NCBI GenBank assembly: GCA_038891095.1
Contig: JAWAEV010000006.1
Location: 1-49,310, forward strand
Reading direction: 5' to 3'
Length of the DNA stretch: 49,310 nucleotides
Origin: Candidatus Altiarchaeota archaeon
GTDB lineage: Archaea > Altiarchaeota > Altiarchaeia > IMC4 > QMZM01
Part shown: piece by piece, positions 16,909-25,721 of the stretch
Numbering within the stretch: the stretch's first letter is position 1
How the letters are laid out: each line of letters starts with the position of its first letter
Program-made: the position numbers and the translations under genes
The notes under the pieces: generated by a model
Told to the model about the DNA's origin: nothing
Seen by the model: only the letters and a program-made list of their open reading frames with translations
Database searches by the model: none

Positions 16909-19560
16909 TTATGTCATTAAATTTAAGGGAATTGAAATTAAATTCCAACCTTGTTGTAATGGTATTGTATAGCTTATTTGCAAGTTCTCTCCACCAATCT
17001 TGAAATAACTTAAGTGGGATAAATTTGCCCATACAAAATTTTCTTCTGTATTAACACCAGTGCCATAGACCCAATCCCAAGTCTCATCTAATGCAATCCA
17101 TTCAGCTAATGATTCATTAAACCAATAAAATCTTAGTGACGATTCATTTAAATTTTTTGCAGAAATTTCCTCATCTGTATAATAAACTTTTAGCATAAAA
17201 GATGATAGGGTTGCATTCAATTCAGGTGAGATATCAACCCTCATATATTCTCTAATTCCAGGTATAGCAAAAGAAGCCTCAGTTGGGTTTTCTGTAAATA
17301 GAGTTAAATTTATATTTGCATCTGTTATATTTTCTAAAGGCAATATTTCAAAGATTATATTGGCTTCTGATAAATTAATTAAATTTGTATAGTTTGCTGT
17401 TAAATTTTCAAATCTTTCTATTAATTTTCCAACTATAATTTTTTGAGATGTAGTCTGTGTTTTATTATAACCATCATATGCAAGGAAGTAAAACGAATAT
17501 ACTCCCTGGGACAATGTTTTATTATAGAAATATTCTTTCCCATCTTTTACATCATTATCTTCAATATCCAACTCATACATCTGATAGCTATATGTAACAT
17601 TTTCTGAATTTACAAGAGTTAAATTTACATATTCTGGAGTATCATTATCGTAATCAATATAAACTACTGAAAAGTTGTAGGTATCAAAATTATTACCAAT
17701 TTTTTGGCTGACTTGGGCATTAGTTAAAATTGGAAGTAGATTGAATATTGCTGGTCCTGTTTGTAAGGGAGTTTCAGTAATATTAAAGTTATCATATGCA
17801 GAGAATTTATATGTATGTTGCCCCATTGAAAATCCACTTAAATTATAAGTGAAAAGTCTCCCATTAACCTTTAATTCATCTTGTAGAGTTGCATTCGAGT
17901 AATTCCCAAACATTTTATAACTGACATTATCAACTGTTAAATTTACCCAAATTGGAGCATCATTATCAATATCTTTGTAAAAAACTGAAAAAGTGAAAGT
18001 TGATGATCTGTTGCCAAATTCATTGCTGAGAGAGTAATTTGTTAAAAGAGCTAAATTGTTACAATTTGTGCAAAATATGTCAAGTTGCTGTCTTCCATGA
18101 TTAAAGAAATTCCAGAAGGTTCCATTATTTGCTGTAAAGTTATTAATTTTAAAAATTATTTTATCTCCGTCATTTCCATCATAAACTTTCATACCTATCC
18201 CTTCGTTTCCATACTCGCCAATTTTAGTTGAAATATTATACTCAACAGGATACTCTTGTCCAGAAATTTTAAATGCTCTTATTTTAGTTCCAATTGGTGC
18301 TGGTTTTCCATCTCTTGTAAGATTTCCAAAGAAAACTGCAGGAGGTTTAGCTTGTGAAATTTCATGCTCAGAGACTGATTTACCACCGAATATATGCTCA
18401 TTTGCTGTAAAATTATAAATTAAAGTGCAAGTTTCATTTATATAAATTTCATAGCCTACGCCAGGTTCTAATTGCTTTATATCCCACAAATATTCCGGGA
18501 GCTTAGAATCTGCAGATTGTCCTAACCACCCTGTTATATTGCCAGAAAGTGTAGTGCAGTATGGATTACAATATCTCCAAATGCTTTTCCATTTACCGCT
18601 AATTGATGATAATACTATGCTTAAATTTTGTGGATAGTCATAAAGATAAGGAATAATATTCCAACCAAGAGTTAGCGGAATTTCAACAGTCCTATTTTTT
18701 ACACTATCTTGATAGCTTACACCTTCTATTTCTAAAGTGTCATTCTCCTTCATTTTAATCCAGTAGCCCAGTGTAAAATTTATGTCATCAAAATCTGAGC
18801 CGAATGGAGCAGCAAATAACCATTTAGTTCCATTATTTATGTAAGTTGCTAAGAAACTCCAATTCTCATAAACAGATGAAGTAAAGGATTTATAACTTTT
18901 ATTTATTAGCATTAATGGCGAGGATATCAAAGACCAGTTATAAGTGACATTTATTCCTGAAGTTAAATTTATCCCATAGTTTCTCAAGGGTAAAACCTCA
19001 AATTCAACGATCTCTGAGGTAATAGAATTTTCTGATGGTGGAATTGAGAGAGAGGTTATATCTAAAGCTGTGCAATTTTCATAATATAAGCCTAAAGGCC
19101 ATGTTGAAATATCAGTAAAATTCAAAACATTATAAGCTGTATAATAGGTTAAATCCCATGATTTACTTAAGTAGATATCATTTGTTGAATTATAAACTGT
19201 GCAGTTTAGATAATATAAATTCGTATCTAATGCACTGATATTCTCATTAAGCCATTTTGCAACTAAAGTTGAGTTATCTTGCGATGGTTGGATAAAGTTA
19301 ATCCTTGGTTTATCAGTGTCAATATCCTTTAAAAAAAATCCAAGATAAACTTTAAAATTATTTGAAGAGGAATTTCCAATTATTGTTTCGGCAAGTGTTA
19401 TATAACTCTGATGAGTTATGGAAGAGGAGTTCTCACCACCAGAATCTAAAATAGCAGAAATTTTATAGTTTGAACTCTCCATTGAAGAGGAGGACATTAA
19501 GCTTAGTCCTATATCCAAGAATAATAAAAAAAATAATGAAAAGATAGCTCCTTTTTTCAT
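16909..19560 (-). CDS. Large secreted surface glycoprotein (GWN-type repeats, paired Ig-like repeats, PGF-pre-PGF-like C-domain)
   Basis: Signal peptide; very dense N-x-S/T sequons; two FSVxYxDxDNDxPxxVNLT repeats; LTLGWNII and LQQGWNLIS motifs. Confidence 0.78.
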   Translation of the reverse strand: MKKGAIFSLFFLLFLDIGLSLMSSSSMESSNYKISAILDSGGENSSSITHQSYITLAETIIGNSSSNNFKVYLGFFLKDIDTDKPRINFIQPSQDNSTLVAKWLNENISALDTNLYYLNCTVYNSTNDIYLSKSWDLTYYTAYNVLNFTDISTWPLGLYYENCTALDITSLSIPPSENSITSEIVEFEVLPLRNYGINLTSGINVTYNWSLISSPLMLINKSYKSFTSSVYENWSFLATYINNGTKWLFAAPFGSDFDDINFTLGYWIKMKENDTLEIEGVSYQDSVKNRTVEIPLTLGWNIIPYLYDYPQNLSIVLSSISGKWKSIWRYCNPYCTTLSGNITGWLGQSADSKLPEYLWDIKQLEPGVGYEIYINETCTLIYNFTANEHIFGGKSVSEHEISQAKPPAVFFGNLTRDGKPAPIGTKIRAFKISGQEYPVEYNISTKIGEYGNEGIGMKVYDGNDGDKIIFKINNFTANNGTFWNFFNHGRQQLDIFCTNCNNLALLTNYSLSNEFGNRSSTFTFSVFYKDIDNDAPIWVNLTVDNVSYKMFGNYSNATLQDELKVNGRLFTYNLSGFSMGQHTYKFSAYDNFNITETPLQTGPAIFNLLPILTNAQVSQKIGNNFDTYNFSVVYIDYDNDTPEYVNLTLVNSENVTYSYQMYELDIEDNDVKDGKEYFYNKTLSQGVYSFYFLAYDGYNKTQTTSQKIIVGKLIERFENLTANYTNLINLSEANIIFEILPLENITDANINLTLFTENPTEASFAIPGIREYMRVDISPELNATLSSFMLKVYYTDEEISAKNLNESSLRFYWFNESLAEWIALDETWDWVYGTGVNTEENFVWANLSHLSYFKIGGENLQISYTIPLQQGWNLISIPLNLMT

Positions 19561-19593
19561 TTTTCCTTCCTATCGTTGCATTTTTTCTTTATT

Positions 19594-21351
19594 TTAACAT
19601 TTATAACAATAAATTTCTTTGTTGCCAAGGACATTTTTACAACTTGTGGCACTCCATCCAGAAGGACAAGTTGGACAAGAATCCCTATTACGAAGATTTA
19701 TAGTTTGGCATGCTATATCAGTTCTATAGCAAGTTAATTCCAAAAGCATATTTCCTGCCTGGGTTACATTATAACAATTGTGTGAATTCCAGCCACTTGG
19801 GCAAGTATTGGTGCAAGAAACCGGGGGAATTTTATAACAAGCTCCTGAGTAATATTGATAGCTACTATAAACACCATAAGCTCTTTCATTAGCTCTCCAC
19901 CTTGTATATCCAGAGGGACAAGTTACAGAGTCAGGAGAACTATATGCTTTCCATGTGAAAACATCATTAACTGCAGAAGGATTATAACAAGCACCAGTAT
20001 AAGCACTATCCCCAGAAGAACTTGAATAATAATAAGCATTAGAATTCCACCATCTTACATAACCAGCAGGGCAATTTATATATGAATTCGGCGAATAACT
20101 TGTGTATAATTCCCAAGTGAAAGAACGAAGGTCTGGAAAATCTTCTCTCAAAATCATAACGCTATTACCTGGCTTACTTCCAACTAAGTCAACATATGCA
20201 TTAGAATTCTCAGAAACTTTAAATTTATTTGTTGTTGAATCAAAGTATATCCTACCTTGGCCTGATGGAGCAGTCGAAGGAGTTGATATGCCTCTAAAAC
20301 TGAGAGCACCATTTAAATCCAAAGCAGTGTTCGGGCTCGTCGTCCCGATGCCGACATTGCCGGTTCCATCAATTACAACTACACTGGGGGAGGTTGTAGT
20401 ATTTTTTAAAATTGCAAACCTTCTTAAAGCTCCGCCCCCAGGTGGGTATTCCCAGAATTCAACACTATTAGGTGCAACACCATAGCCTCCGCCTATAGGA
20501 GCAGTATACATTTTCCATGTGTGTCTATTGCCTCCGGTATCCCTACTAGTAAGTGTTAACGATACCAAGCCTTGAGTTGTATCATCTGCGGGGAAAATAT
20601 TAAGTTTTATATTCCCTCCAGAAACCAACTCAAGTTTCTCTGCAGGCGCTATCGTCCCGATGCCAACATTGCCGGTCATATACACAGTTGAAGCTTCTAA
20701 TTTTAATCTATCATCAGCATCGTTTTGAATTCTTACATTATAATCTTGAGCCGTTCCTTTGCCATAATGGAAATCAATATAAGGAACCTTACCAGAACTT
20801 AAAGAATTGCCTAATTCAATTGAACCATCTTGATCAAGAGCAAGATAAGAATACCCCCACTTTATTGGACCACCTTGGACATCTAACTTCGCTGTAGGTG
20901 TAGTTGTCCCAATGCCAACATTACCATTACTGTAATTAATGCAAAACATTGAAGAGCACTCTAAGCGAGATGTCATATATGTATACCCAGAACTTGCAAC
21001 CCTTTGTCTTGGGGAGAGAACTTCATCTTTCACTTGGATTTCAAGCCAATAATCCTCTGTAAAGTTCAAGTTAAGCTCTGTTATACTACCTAAGAGAACA
21101 CTGAAAATTCCTGTGTTGGAAGTTGTAACATTATTTAAATCTTCATGTTTTTCTTCCCAAAGTAAAGTCCCTCCAGAAGCAGCATTGTAAATCCTGAAAG
21201 TCATATTAAAGTTTCCATATAGTGGTATCCCCTCAGAATTTGTTAATTTTCCTTCAAGATTTATCAACTTTGGAATTGCAGATGCGGTAATAACAAAACA
21301 AAACAAAAAAACTAAAAAAGCCCAAAATTTTAATTTTATTATATTCTTCAT
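19594..21351 (-). CDS. Secreted tail-fibre-like adhesin 2 (same N-domain, 3 GNVGIGT repeats, Cys-rich CPxG[YW] tip)
   Basis: Signal peptide ending ASA; N-domain near-identical to adhesin 1; four CP[AS]G[YW] motifs. Confidence 0.8.
   Translation of the reverse strand: MKNIIKLKFWAFLVFLFCFVITASAIPKLINLEGKLTNSEGIPLYGNFNMTFRIYNAASGGTLLWEEKHEDLNNVTTSNTGIFSVLLGSITELNLNFTEDYWLEIQVKDEVLSPRQRVASSGYTYMTSRLECSSMFCINYSNGNVGIGTTTPTAKLDVQGGPIKWGYSYLALDQDGSIELGNSLSSGKVPYIDFHYGKGTAQDYNVRIQNDADDRLKLEASTVYMTGNVGIGTIAPAEKLELVSGGNIKLNIFPADDTTQGLVSLTLTSRDTGGNRHTWKMYTAPIGGGYGVAPNSVEFWEYPPGGGALRRFAILKNTTTSPSVVVIDGTGNVGIGTTSPNTALDLNGALSFRGISTPSTAPSGQGRIYFDSTTNKFKVSENSNAYVDLVGSKPGNSVMILREDFPDLRSFTWELYTSYSPNSYINCPAGYVRWWNSNAYYYSSSSGDSAYTGACYNPSAVNDVFTWKAYSSPDSVTCPSGYTRWRANERAYGVYSSYQYYSGACYKIPPVSCTNTCPSGWNSHNCYNVTQAGNMLLELTCYRTDIACQTINLRNRDSCPTCPSGWSATSCKNVLGNKEIYCYKC
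20341..20925 (-). repeat. Three dispersed 21 bp GC-rich repeats encoding GNVGIGT (20341-20361, 20653-20673, 20905-20925)
   Basis: Read directly; GGCAATGTCGGCATCGGGACG, GGCAATGTTGGCATCGGGACG, GGTAATGTTGGCATTGGGACA. Confidence 0.9.
20896..21280. repeat. Direct repeat copy 2 (385 bp, fibre N-domain)
   Basis: Aligns to 12463-12847 without gaps. Confidence 0.95.
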
Positions 21352-21425
21352 TTTAAATTTTTAGGATATTTCGTATAATAATTACTTTTTTATTTTAAAA
21401 AGTCTTCTGAGAAATGTTTTAATTG

Positions 21426-21857
21426 TCATATAGCCATTTCAAGAATTTCAAATTTCTTAAGAATTTCTCTGCTTTTTGGATCATAAAGAATTAGCAGAGT
21501 TGTTTTATTTTCATTGATAAATTCTATTTTGTATATTGGTGCTTTTATTTTGCCATAGATAACTGGCTGTTTTTGTGATAAGTCATTTAGCTCCTCTTGA
21601 TTTAAAATAGTTATTTTAAAACTTTGGTTAAGATAATTTTCCAACTCTGAAAAATTTTCTTTAATTTTCTCTTTAATTTCTTGAATTTGGGTTTCAGCTA
21701 TTATGGTAGAAGTGTTCTCCTTAGATATCTTCACTTCATAAATTTCCTGAATTAATAATCTATTTTTTATGAGCAATACTAAGATAGCAAGAGTTAATAT
21801 AATTAGCAATACTTTGTAATAACTTTCAGACATTTTTTTTGTTTTGGCTCTTTTCAT
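21426..21857 (-). CDS. Hypothetical protein with N-terminal membrane anchor
   Basis: 143 aa ORF with single hydrophobic helix (VLLIILTLAILVLLI). Confidence 0.7.
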   Translation of the reverse strand: MKRAKTKKMSESYYKVLLIILTLAILVLLIKNRLLIQEIYEVKISKENTSTIIAETQIQEIKEKIKENFSELENYLNQSFKITILNQEELNDLSQKQPVIYGKIKAPIYKIEFINENKTTLLILYDPKSREILKKFEILEMAI

Positions 21858-21903
21858 TTTGGTTGATTATTATATTTTTAAACTCTTATGTAAATAGAAT
21901 AAC

Positions 21904-22092
21904 ATGCTCAGGGATATAGATGTCCTTTATGATACTGAAAAGAAGCAATATATTATCATTTCTGAAGGCTATAAATTAATCCTAAATGAGGAAGATTTTA
22001 AAGCAATAAGTCGCTCATTGAATGGAATTTCCTATGCCTTAAGTTTAAAGAGGAAACAATTGCAAGAGCAAGCAAAGTCTGAAGTAAAATAA
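21904..22092 (+). CDS. Small hypothetical protein
   Basis: 62 aa ATG ORF filling the gap, normal composition. Confidence 0.6.
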   Translation: MLRDIDVLYDTEKKQYIIISEGYKLILNEEDFKAISRSLNGISYALSLKRKQLQEQAKSEVK

Positions 22093-22113
22093 ATTTTTTA
22101 TTTTTTCTAAATT

Positions 22114-22127
22114 AACTTTATAAAGTT
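22114..22127 (+). promoter_or_regulatory. Probable TATA box of pyrBI, within a perfect 14 bp palindrome AACTTTATAAAGTT
   Basis: TTTATAAA at 22117-22124, ending about 25 nt before the ATG at 22150, consistent with an archaeal promoter and very short leader. Confidence 0.5.
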
Positions 22128-22149
22128 TCTTGCATAATTATTATAAAAA

Positions 22150-23079
22150 ATGGTTAAGTGGGATAAAAACCATATAATTTCTATAAGAGACTTTTCAAGA
22201 GAGGAAATTGACTATATTCTCGAAAAATCCTATTTAATGGAAAAGAAAATTTCTCATGGAAAAGCCTCCTCTTTAATGAAAAACAAAATTCTTGGTATTC
22301 TATTTTTTGAGCCATCTACAAGGACGAGAATGTCATTTGAAGCTGCAATGAAAATTCTTGGTGGAACTACAATTGGCTTTGACTCTTCTTTAGCAACATC
22401 AGAAGTTAAAGGTGAGACAATTGCTGATACTATAAAAATTGTATCCTCATATACTGATATTATTGTTATGCGGCATCCTGTTGAAGGTTCTGCGAGACTT
22501 GCAACAGAATTTTCAGAAGTGCCAATAATTAATGGTGGTGATGGTTCCAATCAACATCCAACACAAACACTTTTGGATTTATACACAATAAAGAAAAAAT
22601 TTAAAAGGATAGATGGCCTAACTATAGCAATGGTCGGAGATTTAAAATATGGTAGAACCGTTCATTCATTAACAGATGGTTTAATGAATTATAATGATAT
22701 TTCTCTGAGGTTAATTTCCCCACCGGATTTAAGAATGCCTGATAGAATTTTAAGAGAGCTGAAAGAAAAGAAAATAAAAGTTTCTGAAACATCAAAATTA
22801 AATTTAAAGGATTGTGATGTTATTTATGCAACGAGAATTCAAAGGGAGAGATTTCCAGATCCGCAAGAATATGAGAGAGTTAAAGATGCTTATGTTCTTG
22901 ACATAAGAATTTTGGATGATTTAAAGGAAGATGCGATAATAATGCATCCTTTGCCGAGAGTTTCTGAAATTTCTCCTGAATTAGATAAAACAAAATTTGC
23001 ATTTTATTTCGAACAAGCTAAGAATGGAATTCCTGTAAGGGCTACCTTGCTGTGTTTAGTTTCAGGAGTAAAATTCTAA
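22150..23079 (+). CDS. pyrB: Aspartate carbamoyltransferase catalytic subunit
   Basis: FFEPSTRT, HPTQTLLD, GDLKYGRTVHS, TRIQRERF, MHPLPR. Confidence 0.98.
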   Translation: MVKWDKNHIISIRDFSREEIDYILEKSYLMEKKISHGKASSLMKNKILGILFFEPSTRTRMSFEAAMKILGGTTIGFDSSLATSEVKGETIADTIKIVSSYTDIIVMRHPVEGSARLATEFSEVPIINGGDGSNQHPTQTLLDLYTIKKKFKRIDGLTIAMVGDLKYGRTVHSLTDGLMNYNDISLRLISPPDLRMPDRILRELKEKKIKVSETSKLNLKDCDVIYATRIQRERFPDPQEYERVKDAYVLDIRILDDLKEDAIIMHPLPRVSEISPELDKTKFAFYFEQAKNGIPVRATLLCLVSGVKF

Positions 23080-23080
23080 A

Positions 23081-23551
23081 ATGTCCCAAATGAAAAAACA
23101 CTTAAAGGTTGAGATGATTAAAGATGGCACAGTTATCGATCATATAAAGCATGGAAAAGCTCCAGAGGTTTTAAAAATTTTAGGCATAGATGAAAATTTT
23201 CCAGGAGTTATAGCCATAGCAATGAATGTCCAAAGCAAAATTTTAGGAAAAAAAGATATAGTGAAAATTGAAAATCGCGATCTTAATGGTAAGGAAGTCA
23301 ACAAGATAGCAATAATCTCGCCAAATGCAACAATTAACAAAATTCGAAGTTATAAAGTTGTTGAAAAATATAAAGTTTCTCTACCAAATGAAATTATAGG
23401 TATATTAAAATGTCCAAATCCAGTGTGCATAACAAATAAATCACTTGAACCAGTTATTACGAAATTTTTGGTTAAATCTCAGGAGCCTTTAATATTGGTA
23501 TGTAAATATTGTGAGAGGGAAATAAAAGAAGACGAAATTAAGGAAAAATGA
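23081..23551 (+). CDS. pyrI: Aspartate carbamoyltransferase regulatory subunit
   Basis: [23 protein letters not shown]...CKYCE zinc site. Confidence 0.97.
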   Translation: MSQMKKHLKVEMIKDGTVIDHIKHGKAPEVLKILGIDENFPGVIAIAMNVQSKILGKKDIVKIENRDLNGKEVNKIAIISPNATINKIRSYKVVEKYKVSLPNEIIGILKCPNPVCITNKSLEPVITKFLVKSQEPLILVCKYCEREIKEDEIKEK

Positions 23552-24036
23552 AAACAAAAATTTCAGTTATAGAGATGGAAAATCCTCAGAGACTAAATTT
23601 AATTCTTGGGCAAAGTCATTTTATTAAAACTGTTGAAGATATCTATGAAATTCTCATAACATCAGTACCGGGAGTAAAATTTGGTTTAGCATTTTGTGAA
23701 GCTTCAGGTGATAAACTTGTTAGAAGTGATGGCAATGATCAAGAGCTGATAAAACTTGCTGAAAAAAATGCAATGAAAATTGCAGCAGGACATACATTTA
23801 TAATTTTTCTTAAAGATGCTTATCCAATAAATGTTCTTAATCAAATAAAAAATTGTCAAGAAGTTTGTAGAATTTTTTGTGCAACTTCAAATCCCTTACA
23901 AGTTATAGTCGCAGAAACTTCTCAAGGTAGGGGAATTCTTGGAGTTATAGATGGTGAAAAACCTGTTGGAATTGAAACTGAGGAAAATAAAAAAGAGCGA
24001 AAAGAATTTCTGAGAAAAATTATGTACAAGAGATAA
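23548..24036 (+). CDS. Adenosine-specific kinase family protein (DUF355)
   Basis: [39 protein letters not shown]. Confidence 0.92.
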   Translation: MKTKISVIEMENPQRLNLILGQSHFIKTVEDIYEILITSVPGVKFGLAFCEASGDKLVRSDGNDQELIKLAEKNAMKIAAGHTFIIFLKDAYPINVLNQIKNCQEVCRIFCATSNPLQVIVAETSQGRGILGVIDGEKPVGIETEENKKERKEFLRKIMYKR

Positions 24037-24110
24037 AGTAACTGAATTTATTTGCTATGCTGAGATTACACAATGTTAAAAGAAAGAAGATATTTAAATT
24101 TTTCTCATGC

Positions 24111-24989
24111 CTACTCTTTCGCTACTCTTTCTGATTTTGATATAAAGTAAACACCAACAGCAAGGAAAATTAAACCTAAAATTTGCAGCTCAGTTATTTT
24201 CTCATTTAAAAAAATCCATGCCAAAATTGCAGTTGAAAATGGTGCACATAGCTCAATAAATCCAACTTGCGCTGCCTTCAAAATTTTTAATCCTTCATAG
24301 AAGAGAATTGCACCAATAGCAACTGAAATTCCAATTATTGGCTGATAAATTGAGTCAATTCTGAGATAAGAAAAGGGAAGCATATATGCTAAAAAAATTA
24401 CCATTGCTATCAAATATCTGTAAAACACAATAATTGAAGAATCTAAATTTTGTAAATATCTCTTTGCAACAATTGAGTCGGACGCCCATAAAATTGTTGC
24501 AATTAAAACTGCTACCTCACCTAATGTTCCAAATTTCATGTTCATTAAATTTTCAATTGTTTTTGAACTTACAAGAAATGCAGATAAAAGCATTAATGCT
24601 CCGCCTATATAATCAAAGAAAGACATCTTTTCTTCCTTGAGAAAAATATAGCTCATTAAAATTATGAAAACTGGTTGTGTATGGCCTATTAAAACAACAT
24701 TTAGTGGGTGTGTGATAAATAGAGCAAAATTATAAAGTAGGTCTGCAAGAACTGCACCAGTTATGCTAATATAAAAAATTGCCTTTGCATTGGTCTTTGT
24801 AATATAAAAATTTTTTCTTTTTAGTAAAGAATATATGAAAGATGTCAGAAAGATAAAAACAAAAGCGATGAATGTCGTGCTAAGAAAACTTGCATTTTCT
24901 TTATAAGCAAGTTCTGTTAAAATTGCTTGAAATGCCCACATTAGACTTGCAAGAAAAACAAATAAAATCCCCTTTGTTTTTTTATTCAT
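24111..24989 (-). CDS. DMT/EamA family transporter
   Basis: About 10 TM, two EamA repeats (P-x-F...FLKE and P...FLNE). Confidence 0.92.
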   Translation of the reverse strand: MNKKTKGILFVFLASLMWAFQAILTELAYKENASFLSTTFIAFVFIFLTSFIYSLLKRKNFYITKTNAKAIFYISITGAVLADLLYNFALFITHPLNVVLIGHTQPVFIILMSYIFLKEEKMSFFDYIGGALMLLSAFLVSSKTIENLMNMKFGTLGEVAVLIATILWASDSIVAKRYLQNLDSSIIVFYRYLIAMVIFLAYMLPFSYLRIDSIYQPIIGISVAIGAILFYEGLKILKAAQVGFIELCAPFSTAILAWIFLNEKITELQILGLIFLAVGVYFISKSERVAKE

Positions 24990-24990
24990 T

Positions 24991-25638
24991 CTAAGCTAAA
25001 GTTATTTCAATCCTTTCTTTTCCTTTGCCAAGATTTTTTCTCTTCAGTTTGACTTTTCCTATTTCATTTAAATTTTTCACATGAGTTCCACCACAGGGGC
25101 ATTTCCATCCTTTAGTTGGAACTTCCCATATTCTTTTCTTACTTTCTTTTTCATCAAAATAAATTTTCACAGGTATATCTTTGCGGAATAACTCATTTGC
25201 TTCATTTTCCAAATCAGTTAAAAATTTTGAAATATTCTCAGCATAGGAATAATCTAATCTTGATTTTTCTTCACTAACATTAGAGCCTATAAGCTTATCT
25301 ATAGATGTTTTGTCTCTGAATAAAAAGAAAATTACATGAGCAGCAGAATGCAATTTCATTATTTTATATCTTTTTTCCCAATCAATTTTAACTTTAACTT
25401 TATCACCAATTTTAAAATTAGGCAGTCTATCAAGTGTATAAATAATTTCATCATTAGAGACAAATGCTTCTATAACTGGAATTTCATTTATTGTTCCAGA
25501 ATCAGAAGCTTGCCCACCAGAAAAAGCATAGAAAATTGTCCTGTCAAGAGTAACTTTGTTATTTTCAATTTTTACAACATTTGCTTCACATTCCTTAAGG
25601 TAAGAATCTTCCCAAAAAAGTCTTATTGTTGGCGACAT
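24991..25638 (-). CDS. alaX: Free-standing alanyl-tRNA editing protein AlaX
   Basis: DRTIFY-x-x-SGGQ-x-x-D, HSAAH and CGGTH zinc motifs; start moved to ATG 25638 (MSPTIRLFWEDSY). Confidence 0.92.
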   Translation of the reverse strand: MSPTIRLFWEDSYLKECEANVVKIENNKVTLDRTIFYAFSGGQASDSGTINEIPVIEAFVSNDEIIYTLDRLPNFKIGDKVKVKIDWEKRYKIMKLHSAAHVIFFLFRDKTSIDKLIGSNVSEEKSRLDYSYAENISKFLTDLENEANELFRKDIPVKIYFDEKESKKRIWEVPTKGWKCPCGGTHVKNLNEIGKVKLKRKNLGKGKERIEITLA

Positions 25639-25721
25639 TTTGGAATGGAAAAGTATATATAGGATAAAGAGAGATATATAAAAGAATATATAAAAGAAAA
25701 GATATGGGAGGATATTTAAAA

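Noticed and set aside
16909-19560. 883 aa protein as the Altiarchaeum hamus subunit
   Set aside because: Size and glycosylation are suggestive but I cannot recognise the S-layer-type domains or confirm similarity without a search
12463-21280. 385 bp repeat pair as a DGR template/variable repeat
   Set aside because: Both copies are N-terminal coding sequence, mismatches are not confined to adenines, and no reverse transcriptase is present
11260-21351. Provirus suggested by tail-fibre-like genes
   Set aside because: Both proteins have signal peptides; no capsid, terminase, portal, integrase or att sites seen
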